Shown piece after piece: positions 29,359 through 39,607 of a stretch of 64,000 bases of DNA. The stretch is from a virus (lineage: Duplodnaviria; Caudoviricetes): IMG/VR virus record IMGVR_UViG_3300031993_000017; one strand, written 5' to 3'. The first letter of the stretch is position 1. Every line of letters starts with the position of its first letter. Position numbers and translations under genes: made by a program. The notes beneath the pieces are model-generated. The model was not told where the DNA came from. It saw only the letters and a program-made list of their open reading frames with translations, and did no database searches.

Positions 29359-30084
29359 TCAGAAACTAACATCGGAATCATCGAGCTCTTCGTAATCTCC
29401 AGGCTGATCCGCGTCATTACTGATTTCTACTGGAGTGGTTACGGGAGTAGAGGTAATCTGAGACGTAGGTGCAGGTGCAGAAGCTACTCCACGAGGTGTG
29501 ATGTGGTACTGCGGCATCTCATAAGTTTCTGCTACAGCTTCTGAAGACGAAGCAGAAAGCAGGCGAGCTAAATCGGCAGATGTCATATCTTTGCAAACAT
29601 TGCTGTAATAGTCAGGCATCTTTGCATTGAACTTTGCAAGAATCTGATCATAACTACCTACAGTGTTTCTAGCAACTGCGGTAATTTCGTAAGTGGTGTT
29701 TACATCACCAGACACACCATGGCGAGTAATCCGGAATACATACTCAGAAGGATTCGGATAGCGGTCGAAAACCATCTGACGAAGGACATTGTTGAAACGA
29801 ACTGTTCTATCCCAGAACTGAATCTCGTCCGATCCGATAACATACATCGGAACAAATAACTTCTCCTGAATACGGAGTCCCTTCGCACAAGCAGGGCATC
29901 CAGGCTTCGTACAATGTACATATCCGGAATACTCATCAGATTTGATGTAGTGAGTGTCAGCAACTAGAACATCTTCCTCACTTTGATACAGAAAGATAAC
30001 ATCTGCACTGTCTCCGTCATCGCTGAGGATGAACTTTCCACCATAACGCTCTTCGTTGTAGGTTTTGATTGATTTAAAAGCCAT
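29359..30084 (-). CDS. Single-stranded DNA-binding protein (gp32-like)
   Basis: H...C....CPAC zinc site, ITRHG..GD..TTY, acidic tail ending DDSDVSF. Confidence 0.7.
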   Translation of the reverse strand: MAFKSIKTYNEERYGGKFILSDDGDSADVIFLYQSEEDVLVADTHYIKSDEYSGYVHCTKPGCPACAKGLRIQEKLFVPMYVIGSDEIQFWDRTVRFNNVLRQMVFDRYPNPSEYVFRITRHGVSGDVNTTYEITAVARNTVGSYDQILAKFNAKMPDYYSNVCKDMTSADLARLLSASSSEAVAETYEMPQYHITPRGVASAPAPTSQITSTPVTTPVEISNDADQPGDYEELDDSDVSF

Positions 30085-30148
30085 AATCTTTGTTTCCTTT
30101 CTTGATAATGATATATGTGAATTGGCATTCCACACTATATTTAACGAT

Positions 30149-30559
30149 TCATCGTTTCCAAACAGCATATGATCCTGCACGTTCTTTTAAACGTAATTCA
30201 ACTAATACCAGATCAGGTCTGCATGTTTTCAATGTTTCTTGAATCTTGTTTGCACAATACTCACAGAGAGTTTCTGCACAAACATCTTTATCCAGATAAA
30301 CTACACAAACTGAATTTTCTGAAAGTACTCTAGCCATGTTCAGATGTAGATAATCTGAGTTCTGAAGGACAAATGCTTCATTCGGAACAGAACACTCTAG
30401 TATCTTTGTAAGATAGGAAAAATCTATCATCATGGGGTTAGTATTATCAGAAGAAATCGATGATATAGTAGCTTCTAGCATGTAGCGATAAACTTGAAAC
30501 TTATTGGATGTATAGTAGCAACAACCAAAGTCATATCTTTGAACAATTGAGTCAATCAA
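30149..30559 (-). CDS. Degenerate QueD/6-PTPS-fold protein lacking His ligands
   Basis: Aligns by eye to QueD (MMIDF..L..I, AETL..Y, V.LRLKE) without the AAH/HGH motifs. Confidence 0.55.
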   Translation of the reverse strand: MIDSIVQRYDFGCCYYTSNKFQVYRYMLEATISSISSDNTNPMMIDFSYLTKILECSVPNEAFVLQNSDYLHLNMARVLSENSVCVVYLDKDVCAETLCEYCANKIQETLKTCRPDLVLVELRLKERAGSYAVWKR

Positions 30560-30575
30560 CAGTAACCACCTCCTA

Positions 30576-31208
30576 TCAATCTAAATCATCTAAGAATACA
30601 GAGAATGTATCAACAAGTAACTTCATCTTTTTCTTGCTTAAAGACTTCGGAAGTTTCTTGCCTTCTAATACAGAGTAGACAATTGACTTTACGTCGTCAT
30701 CTAATCCTTCAATAGCTTCCCAAAACTCGTTGTCCATGAATGCCTGTTCCGGATCAGATATGCCATTGTCAGTAGATACAATAGTATCGAATAAATCGAG
30801 TTCATCAGAATCTACTTTAACAATATTAGGAACGGTATTATTATAGTAAGCATTGACTCCAGTCTTTGCTTTTGCAATATCTACAGATTTGCAATAGATG
30901 CAGTTGTAACAAACACGATACACATATCCAGGAGTGTATCTTCTGCTATCGGATTTGATCTTATCTACATTTTTCTGCAGATATAAAAGAACCTCCGATA
31001 CGCAATCTTCTTCAACAGCGCACGGAGTCTTAAGTCGATACCAAGCCAGCTGAACCTGATCAAAGAATACCACATATAAAGCAGCAGCTTTAAGATCATC
31101 GTCAATGCCGACCCAATCGATGTATTCAATTTTCTGAAAATCGTAGATACTAGTTAACTGAGAATGGAACATGTCGTAAGTAAGCTGAAATTGATTTCTT
31201 TGATACAT
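30576..31208 (-). CDS. Phage sigma-factor-like protein
   Basis: EDCVSEVLLYL...YVYRVCYN (region 2-like) and AIEGLDDDVKSIV (region 4-like). Confidence 0.55.
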   Translation of the reverse strand: MYQRNQFQLTYDMFHSQLTSIYDFQKIEYIDWVGIDDDLKAAALYVVFFDQVQLAWYRLKTPCAVEEDCVSEVLLYLQKNVDKIKSDSRRYTPGYVYRVCYNCIYCKSVDIAKAKTGVNAYYNNTVPNIVKVDSDELDLFDTIVSTDNGISDPEQAFMDNEFWEAIEGLDDDVKSIVYSVLEGKKLPKSLSKKKMKLLVDTFSVFLDDLD

Positions 31209-31297
31209 ATTGATACCTCCGTTGATGTGCTTTGTTGAGTTAAGTGTATTCGAGTTACGTCGATGTCATATTGTATGTTGTACGAATTTACATTTTA

Positions 31298-31326
31298 ATT
31301 ATATTATAAAAATACTAAAAAGTCAA
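31298..31326 (-). promoter_or_regulatory. Sigma-A consensus promoter upstream of sigma-like gene
   Basis: TTGACT-N17-TATAAT. Confidence 0.8.
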
Positions 31327-31351
31327 TACCAATTTTCCTAATTTCAAAAAT

Positions 31352-32347
31352 TTATGACCGATTTTTGTATAATTCGTCAAATTCTTCCTTAGTTAAATCG
31401 TTTAGGTCTTTTCCATCAGGCATTTCGACAGTCCACACAATCGAACAGCTGCTCAATGCTTTCTGGAGTTTACGTGCAGCTCTTCTTCCTGCATCATCAC
31501 CGTCTGTACAGATAACAAATTCTTCTACGCCTAATTCTTTCAACTGTTGGATCTGATAAGAATTTCCCGTTCCAAGTAATGCAACGGCCTGGTATCCATA
31601 TACTCGTGCAGTTAGTGCATTGATACAACTTTCGCATATCACAACAGGTTTTCCAGGCTGAACTCTGTCTATACCATAAACGGGTTTTGTTACACCTTCT
31701 GGATAGTTGTATAATTTCCCTTCGACAGACCTTCTACAGAAAAAGAGAGTTCTACCATATTTATCTCTTACAGGAAATGTGATACAAGGAACAGGTTTCT
31801 TTCGTCCAGGTGGAATCCAGTTGACATCAAATCCGATGTCATATTCTTCAATTATTTCATCAGTTAACTTTCTTTCATACATGTAAGGGACTGTGAATCT
31901 GTATGAAGCAAGTTCTTCTTCAGATACATACTTTACAGGATTCTCCATCTGTTGAAGTCTAGAAACTGCAAAATTACCAATGGCTTGATCTAGCAGGTCT
32001 TTGGGGAGCAAATACTCGAATTCTATGTCCTCCACACTAAATCCAGGGACATTTTCTACTAACCAATCTCGCCCAGATCTGTCAATGTGATGGCGTTTTA
32101 AAAGTTCGGTTACAAACTCTTCCATAGTGTAAGCCGCACCGCATGTGAAACAATGACAGAATCCTTGTGGATAGTGTTGACCATTTCGGTATTCGTCATG
32201 AAGCGATATTCCACACGACGCTCTTCGTTCATTACCATCATTGTGAAAGGGACAATAAATAGAATACCAACCATTGATTGGTCTATTTAATCGCACAAAT
32301 TGATATTCACTTAGCTTTTCGAGGATAGCAGGAACATCCATTAGCAA
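31352..32347 (-). CDS. dnaG: DNA primase (CHC2 zinc finger plus TOPRIM)
   Basis: CPFH...CFTC; VICES..NA; DGDDAG; KDLND. Confidence 0.9.
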   Translation of the reverse strand: MLMDVPAILEKLSEYQFVRLNRPINGWYSIYCPFHNDGNERRASCGISLHDEYRNGQHYPQGFCHCFTCGAAYTMEEFVTELLKRHHIDRSGRDWLVENVPGFSVEDIEFEYLLPKDLLDQAIGNFAVSRLQQMENPVKYVSEEELASYRFTVPYMYERKLTDEIIEEYDIGFDVNWIPPGRKKPVPCITFPVRDKYGRTLFFCRRSVEGKLYNYPEGVTKPVYGIDRVQPGKPVVICESCINALTARVYGYQAVALLGTGNSYQIQQLKELGVEEFVICTDGDDAGRRAARKLQKALSSCSIVWTVEMPDGKDLNDLTKEEFDELYKNRS

Positions 32348-32357
32348 CTCACACCTT

Positions 32358-32684
32358 TCAATCTAATTTTCCTTGTTGTTGAAGAATAAGCATAACTGCA
32401 CCTGACAAACCATTCACAGTGTCTATGGCCTGTTTATCATTAGTGTAATCTTCAGAATGATCAATGATGCTTTGTTGTTTCTCTTGAATTTTACTGATTA
32501 GATCATCACCGTCAATGTATCTGGATTCTAACTCCATTAGTTTTTCAATCATGTAAACAACATATTCGGGAGGATTGTGAGCACCTTGTTCCCAGTTACT
32601 AATGTTATCAACTGGAATATGAAATTTCTGTCCGAACTTGGCCTGAGAAAGACCTGTTCTGCCTCTAAGTTCCTTAATTGTCAT
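32358..32684 (-). CDS. XRE/Cro-type HTH regulator
   Basis: IKELR...GLSQAKF....IP...I.NWEQG..PP. Confidence 0.8.
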   Translation of the reverse strand: MTIKELRGRTGLSQAKFGQKFHIPVDNISNWEQGAHNPPEYVVYMIEKLMELESRYIDGDDLISKIQEKQQSIIDHSEDYTNDKQAIDTVNGLSGAVMLILQQQGKLD

Positions 32685-33336
32685 TTTGATCTCCTCCATA
32701 TTCAAACAAAAGCCCTTTAGCATGTTGCATGTTTTCAGATTGTGTGACCCACTCCAAATTTTCTACTAAGTTGTTAAGTTTGTTACCATCAATGTGATTC
32801 ACTTGTGGTTTATCAGATGGATTTGGAATGAATGCCAAAGCCACAAGTCGATGTACTAGATAAGTTTTAACTTGATTTTCTTTTGACAAGTTTACATGAT
32901 AGTATCCATCTCTTTGCAGTTCAGGTTCTAGTACACAAGACTTTCGAAATTTTTTGATACCACATTCATGAGAAATTCTATCTACACTTCGTATCTGACC
33001 TTGCACTGATGCTTGATATATTCCTTCATATCCAGGAATATATTTCCATTCGTCAGTATTCTCAACCGTATGAAATTCCGAAACAATTCCGATGTTGTTT
33101 AACTGACCATTTTCCTTGTTACCATCAATCGGATAGATGTTTGACAAATCAAATCCGAAAGCTTTTGCTACAATATCAAACACGTAAACGGTTTCAGTAG
33201 TTCCGTCTTTTCTGAGATACACCTGCCCTTGATAAGGCTTTAGAAATTTACCGGTTTTCTTGCTATGAACTAAACCTTGGTCGTTTACTTCATAAAATTT
33301 TTCATATCCTATAACCGATCTCCATTCTTCTATCAT
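32674..33336 (-). CDS. NUMOD4-HNH endonuclease with duplicated, degenerate N-terminal NUMOD4-HNH unit
   Basis: Two EW..I.GYE motifs; intact VHRLVA...VNHIDGNKLNN..ENLEW only in the second unit. Confidence 0.85.
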   Translation of the reverse strand: MIEEWRSVIGYEKFYEVNDQGLVHSKKTGKFLKPYQGQVYLRKDGTTETVYVFDIVAKAFGFDLSNIYPIDGNKENGQLNNIGIVSEFHTVENTDEWKYIPGYEGIYQASVQGQIRSVDRISHECGIKKFRKSCVLEPELQRDGYYHVNLSKENQVKTYLVHRLVALAFIPNPSDKPQVNHIDGNKLNNLVENLEWVTQSENMQHAKGLLFEYGGDQNDN

Positions 33337-33348
33337 CTCAGCACCTCA

Positions 33349-34695
33349 TTAGAACTCGACATCATCATCTAAATCAAATTCATCTGTGCTTGCATGAGCA
33401 GGTGATGGATTGTTAGCTACGGTAGAAATAGACACATTAGGAGCGATGCTAGTAGGAGTTACATCATCACTGCCACCTGGAAGATACTGCATGTTTCCAG
33501 TATTTACATCCCAGGAGTAACTAAGGACGGGTTTTTGGTTGTTAGCACTTCTTGATTTCTCCAACCGAATGTCCAGGACATGTTTGTCAAAAATCTGACG
33601 AATTGCGAAAACCTGCGTTGCAATTCTTGCAGGGTGGTCGCTTCCTTCGACTTGATAAATGCCAGGAAACGGCTCACCTTTGTCATCTTTGCATTCGCGA
33701 GTTTCTCTGTTTGCTTGCATCGCAACAACTACTGCACACCCCATCTGCTTACTCAATCTAAACAGGTCAGTACACATGTTTTTGTACCGCTCATAGTCGG
33801 TGGTTGACTTCTTAGTATCAACCATGTAAGAAAGTCCATCAATGACAAGAAGTTTGATTCCGTGTCGCTTTACTAACTGACGCAAGTTGTTTACCGAAAC
33901 AGATCCTTCCGATACATCTTTGTCCTCTAATACGAATGCACTTGTTGTTTCTTTGCTAAGTGCTTTGACATACTTCATGTAGTCATCTGTGTAGTTACCT
34001 AAATGAAGCTGACTGTTCTGGAAATGGGATCTCCAAGTATCGAATCTTGTTCCTAAGAAACAAGCTTGCATTTCAGGTGAGTAATACAATACTGGAAATC
34101 CATGTGACTGAGCAGACTCCATCATCTTTGTACACACCCAGGACTTACCTGTGTTAGTTCTTGCAACGATTATAAGGAGTTCTTCAACTGTTGACAATCC
34201 GCCGTACATGAGTTTATCAATTTCAGCGAACCCTGTAGGAATTCTTGATTGCATGTTGAATTGCTTGACCTGTTCGGCACGTTTATCAGCATCTGCTATC
34301 AAATCAAGCGGTTGGCTTGTATCTAATGACGAAGCTCTTTCACATTGATTCTCTAAATACGCCCAACAGGCATCAATATCATCAGAGCCTAAATTTTTAA
34401 TGCGATTGAAAGTTTCCAAAAGAAGTATCTGACGCTTGTGTTTGCACATCTCCCTATGTATGTACTCCATAGGTTCAGATACTTTAACCAATATTGTATC
34501 AGGAAATCTTGCTTGGAATGTGAATACATCAGGTACCTTGTTGTAGGTGGCCTTATGATTAAGTATATATTCTATCTGCTCAGTGAATACATTGTAGTAA
34601 CTTACATCATATTCGCACAGCTTCTCAACTTCATCTTCTGAGGCAGATGTTAATATCTTAGAAATAACCTGTAATTCGATAGAGGTAACGCTCAT
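33349..34695 (-). CDS. dnaB: DnaB-like replicative helicase
   Basis: IPTGF..ID, ARTNTGKS, SPEM, LVIDGL, QANR, KSR. Confidence 0.9.
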   Translation of the reverse strand: MSVTSIELQVISKILTSASEDEVEKLCEYDVSYYNVFTEQIEYILNHKATYNKVPDVFTFQARFPDTILVKVSEPMEYIHREMCKHKRQILLLETFNRIKNLGSDDIDACWAYLENQCERASSLDTSQPLDLIADADKRAEQVKQFNMQSRIPTGFAEIDKLMYGGLSTVEELLIIVARTNTGKSWVCTKMMESAQSHGFPVLYYSPEMQACFLGTRFDTWRSHFQNSQLHLGNYTDDYMKYVKALSKETTSAFVLEDKDVSEGSVSVNNLRQLVKRHGIKLLVIDGLSYMVDTKKSTTDYERYKNMCTDLFRLSKQMGCAVVVAMQANRETRECKDDKGEPFPGIYQVEGSDHPARIATQVFAIRQIFDKHVLDIRLEKSRSANNQKPVLSYSWDVNTGNMQYLPGGSDDVTPTSIAPNVSISTVANNPSPAHASTDEFDLDDDVEF

Positions 34696-35300
34696 TTGAT
34701 GCCACCTCCTCTATACATACATTCCGAAAGCTTCTGTTTAAGAATTATAGGAAATGAATTACTAGCAGAAGATTTCGTCACGATTCCTGAAGTTGGAATA
34801 ACTACAATAGTTGTTAGGTGTGCTTGTGCCCTCAACTGCATCATGTTCAGAAGAAGTTGACTTTCAAAGTCACCAAAGTTCACATAATCTAAGTTTGAAA
34901 CAATGAGTACTTTTGCAGATTCTGACCATATCTTAGTGTACTCTAAATTATCAGAACTGCCGCTACTCCAACTGTTTCTCAGGTCATCTATGTACTTAGA
35001 ATACTTCAGATTATAAACTGTACAATGCAGTCTGCTACCTTTCCAGTTTTGACAAATGGCTACATACGTCAAAAGTTGTGCATACTTAACTGTATCAGAT
35101 GCAGAAAATACCCCTATCCGATCCTGAAAAGTCTGAAGGACATTTTGAGCAGTTTCAAACTCTTTCTTGCTAGAACTGAATAAGGTGGTCTCGGTATTCA
35201 ACCCATTTCTTTCTAGCAAGTAAGAAGTTTCTGCATATATGGGGCAAGATTTGTCACAAAGATGCTCGGTGCAGTAAGCACTAAATATGCATCCATTCAT
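34692..35300 (-). CDS. DnaC/DnaI-like helicase-loader homologue with degenerate Walker A
   Basis: Cys-rich N-terminus; VLIVSNLD...LL..R....TTIV pattern; adjacent to helicase. Confidence 0.5.
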   Translation of the reverse strand: MNGCIFSAYCTEHLCDKSCPIYAETSYLLERNGLNTETTLFSSSKKEFETAQNVLQTFQDRIGVFSASDTVKYAQLLTYVAICQNWKGSRLHCTVYNLKYSKYIDDLRNSWSSGSSDNLEYTKIWSESAKVLIVSNLDYVNFGDFESQLLLNMMQLRAQAHLTTIVVIPTSGIVTKSSASNSFPIILKQKLSECMYRGGGIK

Positions 35301-36466
35301 TGATTCATTTGCCTCCTTAGTATAGGATTTCGGCTTCTTAAGTAAGATACACGAGATCTAACACATTTCTTTGCAAGGCCTACTGGGTCATCATAACCAA
35401 ATTCTTCATAATCTCTAAATGGCATGAAGAGTGTTAAGAACGGATCCAGCGTACCAAACAGAGGATACTTATGTTTAATCTTTTCAACATCTCTCTCAAG
35501 TAAATAACGACGAATTACATACTCTTTTACGAATTCTTTCTCATAAGGAATTTCTTTAGACTCAGGAAGGTCTTTCCATATGTCGTAAATGTTGAACAAT
35601 GTTCCATCAATTTCTAGATTGATGTAGAAACTTACAAACTCACCATCGACTAGTCGATAAGGTTTGTAGATATGTGGATACTCAATTATGTTTTGCAGAA
35701 TTTGTTCTTCTGTGAATCCCTTTATAGGAAACACAACACCTGCTTTGGAATTGAATGACAATCCACTTGCGTGCATGTACATCTTTTCAGACCGTGTTCG
35801 TATGAGAGTATCAGGAAAAAGCCGAAGAAGGTCAATATCAGACATAGCTGAAACATCGGTAGTACATGATATCTCATTTTGAGTTTCAGGAACTACTGGA
35901 AGTGTTTTATAGATTGTGTTGACCATTCCATACTCATTCACACGGTCGTTGGCAGGATCTACTATGAATCTAGGAATCATAGGAGGTTGAATAGACAAAT
36001 CTGCTTTACTAGATTTAGATGTTGTAGGTGAAGTATAAGACGGGCTAGGAATATTAACAATAGACTTCACTGACCGAGTAGTTGCTACCGTTTCTATAGG
36101 TGCTTCCTTAGGAGTTGTATCTGCTGAAACATTTGCTACAATCGTGATGCTATCAAGACTCCAATCAATATCACGATAAACAATATACAGTTCACCTAAT
36201 TTTGCTTGCATTGTATCATCAGAAACATCTAACATGCTGAAATTAAACATGTTATTTCGATCCCATGAGAAAGAGTCCCCTGAGACAACACGATAGGACA
36301 ATGTATTCATCAACTTGATGATACTACAGCTCTCACTCCTGGTTAGTTGTTGCTTCTCTACAACACTTGTTATGATATCGGAATGTATAGTTTGCAAATA
36401 TCCTTTAACAGAAGGAGGATATTTAAGCAATTCAGTAATCTGCGAAAATTTAGATATCTTTCTCAA
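35297..36466 (-). CDS. Hypothetical protein (possible replication initiation factor)
   Basis: 389 aa; first genes of the replication operon. Confidence 0.55.
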   Translation of the reverse strand: MRKISKFSQITELLKYPPSVKGYLQTIHSDIITSVVEKQQLTRSESCSIIKLMNTLSYRVVSGDSFSWDRNNMFNFSMLDVSDDTMQAKLGELYIVYRDIDWSLDSITIVANVSADTTPKEAPIETVATTRSVKSIVNIPSPSYTSPTTSKSSKADLSIQPPMIPRFIVDPANDRVNEYGMVNTIYKTLPVVPETQNEISCTTDVSAMSDIDLLRLFPDTLIRTRSEKMYMHASGLSFNSKAGVVFPIKGFTEEQILQNIIEYPHIYKPYRLVDGEFVSFYINLEIDGTLFNIYDIWKDLPESKEIPYEKEFVKEYVIRRYLLERDVEKIKHKYPLFGTLDPFLTLFMPFRDYEEFGYDDPVGLAKKCVRSRVSYLRSRNPILRRQMNQ

Positions 36467-36470
36467 ATCA

Positions 36471-37298
36471 TCACCTCAGTACATCTTTCTCTATGTCATA
36501 CCTATCTACAAACCCTGAATCAATAGACATGAAAAAATTATACACACTTTCTGAATTCACAGAACATTCTCCTATGCTGCTAAGATAACTTAAAACAGGA
36601 TCATACATCTTATCCCATATCTGAATAGCTTCCACACTGATATCTTCGACAAGTGGATCTTCACCAATACGATAAATTTCATAAGGTACAGCATATCCGG
36701 ATTGAGATCCGTCCTTGCAGATAAGCTGATCAAGCCAAATATTGAAATCTGAAACAAACTGATCAATTGTTCCATCTCGAAGATGGATTCCATATGCTAT
36801 CACGATACTCCTAACATACTTAGGAATATTTTGAATCCTATAGTGAAATCCTGAATCATGTGAACGAATGAAGCGAAGATTGAACCATCTCCAGATTAAC
36901 TTCCCACAATTATCTACATGAATGTATCCACTAGATAAGGTGTTTAACTTAAGGAATGTAGTACGATATGCTTTGAATACAAGTTTAGTGCTACCTACAC
37001 CTGAATTACAATCTACTAAATTGCTCAAGTTTTCAATCTTACTCGATGTTTCCATACCTTTTTCAATAGTATCATTCACGACATCTCTAAGTGCTTCTGA
37101 ACTTGACGGGTCATCCTCCGCACTTATCGAATAAATCTCAAGTATATCAGAAAGTAAGTCAATCGCATGATACAATTCGTTGCTCATTTTGAACAGACGA
37201 ATCTGGGTTTTCTTATACATCTCAGGATTACTAGACCTAACAGATTCTAAGTAGCTTATAAGTTTAGCAAGATGAATCTCTGCTCCAGTTACATCCAA
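36471..37298 (-). CDS. Hypothetical protein
   Basis: 275 aa; SD GAGGGGTG before TTG. Confidence 0.55.
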   Translation of the reverse strand: MDVTGAEIHLAKLISYLESVRSSNPEMYKKTQIRLFKMSNELYHAIDLLSDILEIYSISAEDDPSSSEALRDVVNDTIEKGMETSSKIENLSNLVDCNSGVGSTKLVFKAYRTTFLKLNTLSSGYIHVDNCGKLIWRWFNLRFIRSHDSGFHYRIQNIPKYVRSIVIAYGIHLRDGTIDQFVSDFNIWLDQLICKDGSQSGYAVPYEIYRIGEDPLVEDISVEAIQIWDKMYDPVLSYLSSIGECSVNSESVYNFFMSIDSGFVDRYDIEKDVLR

Positions 37299-37434
37299 GG
37301 AATGTCACCCCCTCTTCTCTACACTAGCGATTCTAGGCAGTACAATCTACAATGACGATTCAAAAACTTCAAAAACTAGATGTTAACAAAAAATTTTTCA
37401 AAAAACCTGACGATCAATGAGGTGTGTACATGTT

Positions 37435-37463
37435 ATGATAATATTAAATGCAAAAGAAGTCAA
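37435..37463 (-). promoter_or_regulatory. Sigma-A type promoter for the replication operon
   Basis: TTGACT-N17-TATCAT. Confidence 0.7.
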
Positions 37464-38070
37464 GTAGATTTTACTAAAGATATGTATATGATTTATCTAT
37501 TTGTACCTGGGTGGTATTTGTTTTAGTTATACCTACCTGCCACCTCATTCTTCACCTGTTTTCAAACCTCAAAAATTTTTCAAACTGCAGGTTGTTTTTT
37601 GCAGTTTTCGCAAATGTGGTCAACGTGTATCTGGTAAAAAATGTCAATGCGTGTCCTGAGGGGTGAGGGGCGAAATCGCAGATTGCAAAAATTGCAAATG
37701 TCAGTTGACCTTGAGCGACCCAATTAACAAATATCAAACTTTTTATTTTTTATGTAAAAATTGTTTAAAGGTTATATGTTCACTGTTCATTATTATTTAT
37801 GTGGCGGTTCTGTTTAAATTTGGACACTTTGTATCACGAAACTGTTCAAATTTAAACATATTTGTCAGTTATTACTACTGTCCAAATTGTAACTGTTTTA
37901 CTGATACTGAGTCATAAGAAATCTACATTTTTGGACATTAGTACTATTATAAAATTCATAGTTTATTTAACTTGAAAAATTTAAAAAATTCAGTCATCGC
38001 ATTAAAACTTGAATCGTTTTTAACTGTACGAGACACACCAAAATTTTTGTCAAGAACTTTAAGAAACTTA

Positions 38071-38099
38071 TTGACTTTTTTCTATTTTCATATTACAAT
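38071..38099 (+). promoter_or_regulatory. Sigma-A type promoter, divergent
   Basis: TTGACT-N17-TACAAT. Confidence 0.7.
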
Positions 38100-38209
38100 A
38101 CAAGTATACGTCTACGGACGGGTAGATGTGTGATGATTAAGGTGTGTGATAGATCTGTAGTAGGGCTTTTTAGCTTTACTGCAGGTCTGGAAAGCAAAGA
38201 GGAGACATT

Positions 38210-38746
38210 ATGGATACTAACACTGAAGAGCTGTGGAAATTTATTGATAAGTTTGATGGATTTGAAGTATCTAACAAGGGAAGAATTCGTAGATCTAGAT
38301 ACACAATTACTTATCCGAATGGTAAAATTGTAGAAGTTCCTGAGCAAGAGATACATACTACTGAATGTTATGACGGTCTATATGCGAATTTCAATCGGAA
38401 TCATATACATATGAAGAAACTCGTAGCAGACGCGTTTTTACCGAGGCCAGATGATTGGTCTACTAAGAACTACATCCTTGAGTTTATAGATGGTAACATG
38501 TACAATTGTAGTGTTGATAACTTGCGTTATGTTACATTGTCTGATCACATTAAGCAGCAGATAGATGAAGGACGGCGTAATTCTCCTAACAATTACAGAG
38601 GGGTTCAGATTGTTTGTCAGGAAACTGGGAGGGAATATGCTTCCATCAAAGAGCTGTGTGATGCTATCGGAGTATCTAGATATTTTGTTACTAGAAATTT
38701 GTATTCGGGAACACCTATTTTAGGAAATCACTATAGTGTTTTGTAA
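38210..38746 (+). CDS. NUMOD4-HNH-like protein, HNH motif degenerate
   Basis: ELWKFI...EVSNKGRIR; LVADAFL; EFIDGN..N..VDNL (first His replaced); C-terminal NUMOD1-like Y.SIKE. Confidence 0.75.
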   Translation: MDTNTEELWKFIDKFDGFEVSNKGRIRRSRYTITYPNGKIVEVPEQEIHTTECYDGLYANFNRNHIHMKKLVADAFLPRPDDWSTKNYILEFIDGNMYNCSVDNLRYVTLSDHIKQQIDEGRRNSPNNYRGVQIVCQETGREYASIKELCDAIGVSRYFVTRNLYSGTPILGNHYSVL

Positions 38747-38770
38747 ACTTCATCTGGGGGTCAATTTGTT

Positions 38771-39538
38771 GTGGGTGACAAATATGATGAAATAAAGAGA
38801 AGGACTATCGAAATATATGATTCACTACCACAAGAGAAGTCTGAAAGAATTCGATGTTTAGCTGAGCGAGATCAAATACTGGAATTGAATATAAATTTTT
38901 TCAGCTACATAGCTGCTAACAAATTTCTCAACAATTCATTCATATCATATGAAGATAAGTTTCAGTCTGCATGTTGTCATTTTTTAGACTGTTGGTGGTG
39001 GTACAAATGGAAAGGTGATGCAACGCATAAGGCTTACAGAGATGATTTGTCATTTACTGTTTTCTTTAAGCCTAGAATCACTGAAATGATGGAAAGAGAA
39101 TTCAACGAAGTTAAGTATTCTATCCGACGTTCTTTGTGTATGATTGTAGGGGAACAGATTGGAAAACACTGGGCACAAGTCAGATATGAAGATCTTTCCG
39201 ACCCTAGGGTTCATCTTCCTGCTGATAAAATGATTTCGTTGAAAGCGTGTTTTGGAAGTTTATATCAGATGAGCATATCTGATGTTGAACCTTTTTTATC
39301 CGGTGAGTCTTACGAAATAGATGGTGATGATGAATTTGAAATGTCCTGCATGTACAACACTGTTGAAGAACTGTTAGCACATGAGATGATGGAAGCTGAA
39401 TCAAAATTAACAGATAAACAACTGATTAAGATGGCAGATATGTATCAATTAGATATAAATGTTCTTAGAGATGCTCTACCTAGAGCAGAACTTCTTTTAT
39501 ATAATCGGTTGAAAAAGAGTTTAGAAAGCAAGTTGTAA
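38771..39538 (+). CDS. Phage sigma-70-like factor
   Basis: ERDQILELN..F..YIA...SYEDKFQSA (region 2.1-2.2-like), FTVFFKPRI. Confidence 0.55.
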   Translation: MGDKYDEIKRRTIEIYDSLPQEKSERIRCLAERDQILELNINFFSYIAANKFLNNSFISYEDKFQSACCHFLDCWWWYKWKGDATHKAYRDDLSFTVFFKPRITEMMEREFNEVKYSIRRSLCMIVGEQIGKHWAQVRYEDLSDPRVHLPADKMISLKACFGSLYQMSISDVEPFLSGESYEIDGDDEFEMSCMYNTVEELLAHEMMEAESKLTDKQLIKMADMYQLDINVLRDALPRAELLLYNRLKKSLESKL

Positions 39539-39548
39539 TCAAAAAATT

Positions 39549-39577
39549 AGGCGAAGCTTATGACAGCTCCGCCTTTT
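39549..39577. terminator. Bidirectional terminator between convergent genes
   Basis: AGGCGAAGC-loop-GCTCCGCCT with T-run on + and A-run upstream. Confidence 0.65.
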
Positions 39578-39607
39578 ACTATGTTCTTAAATCCTCATTT
39601 GCAAGAA

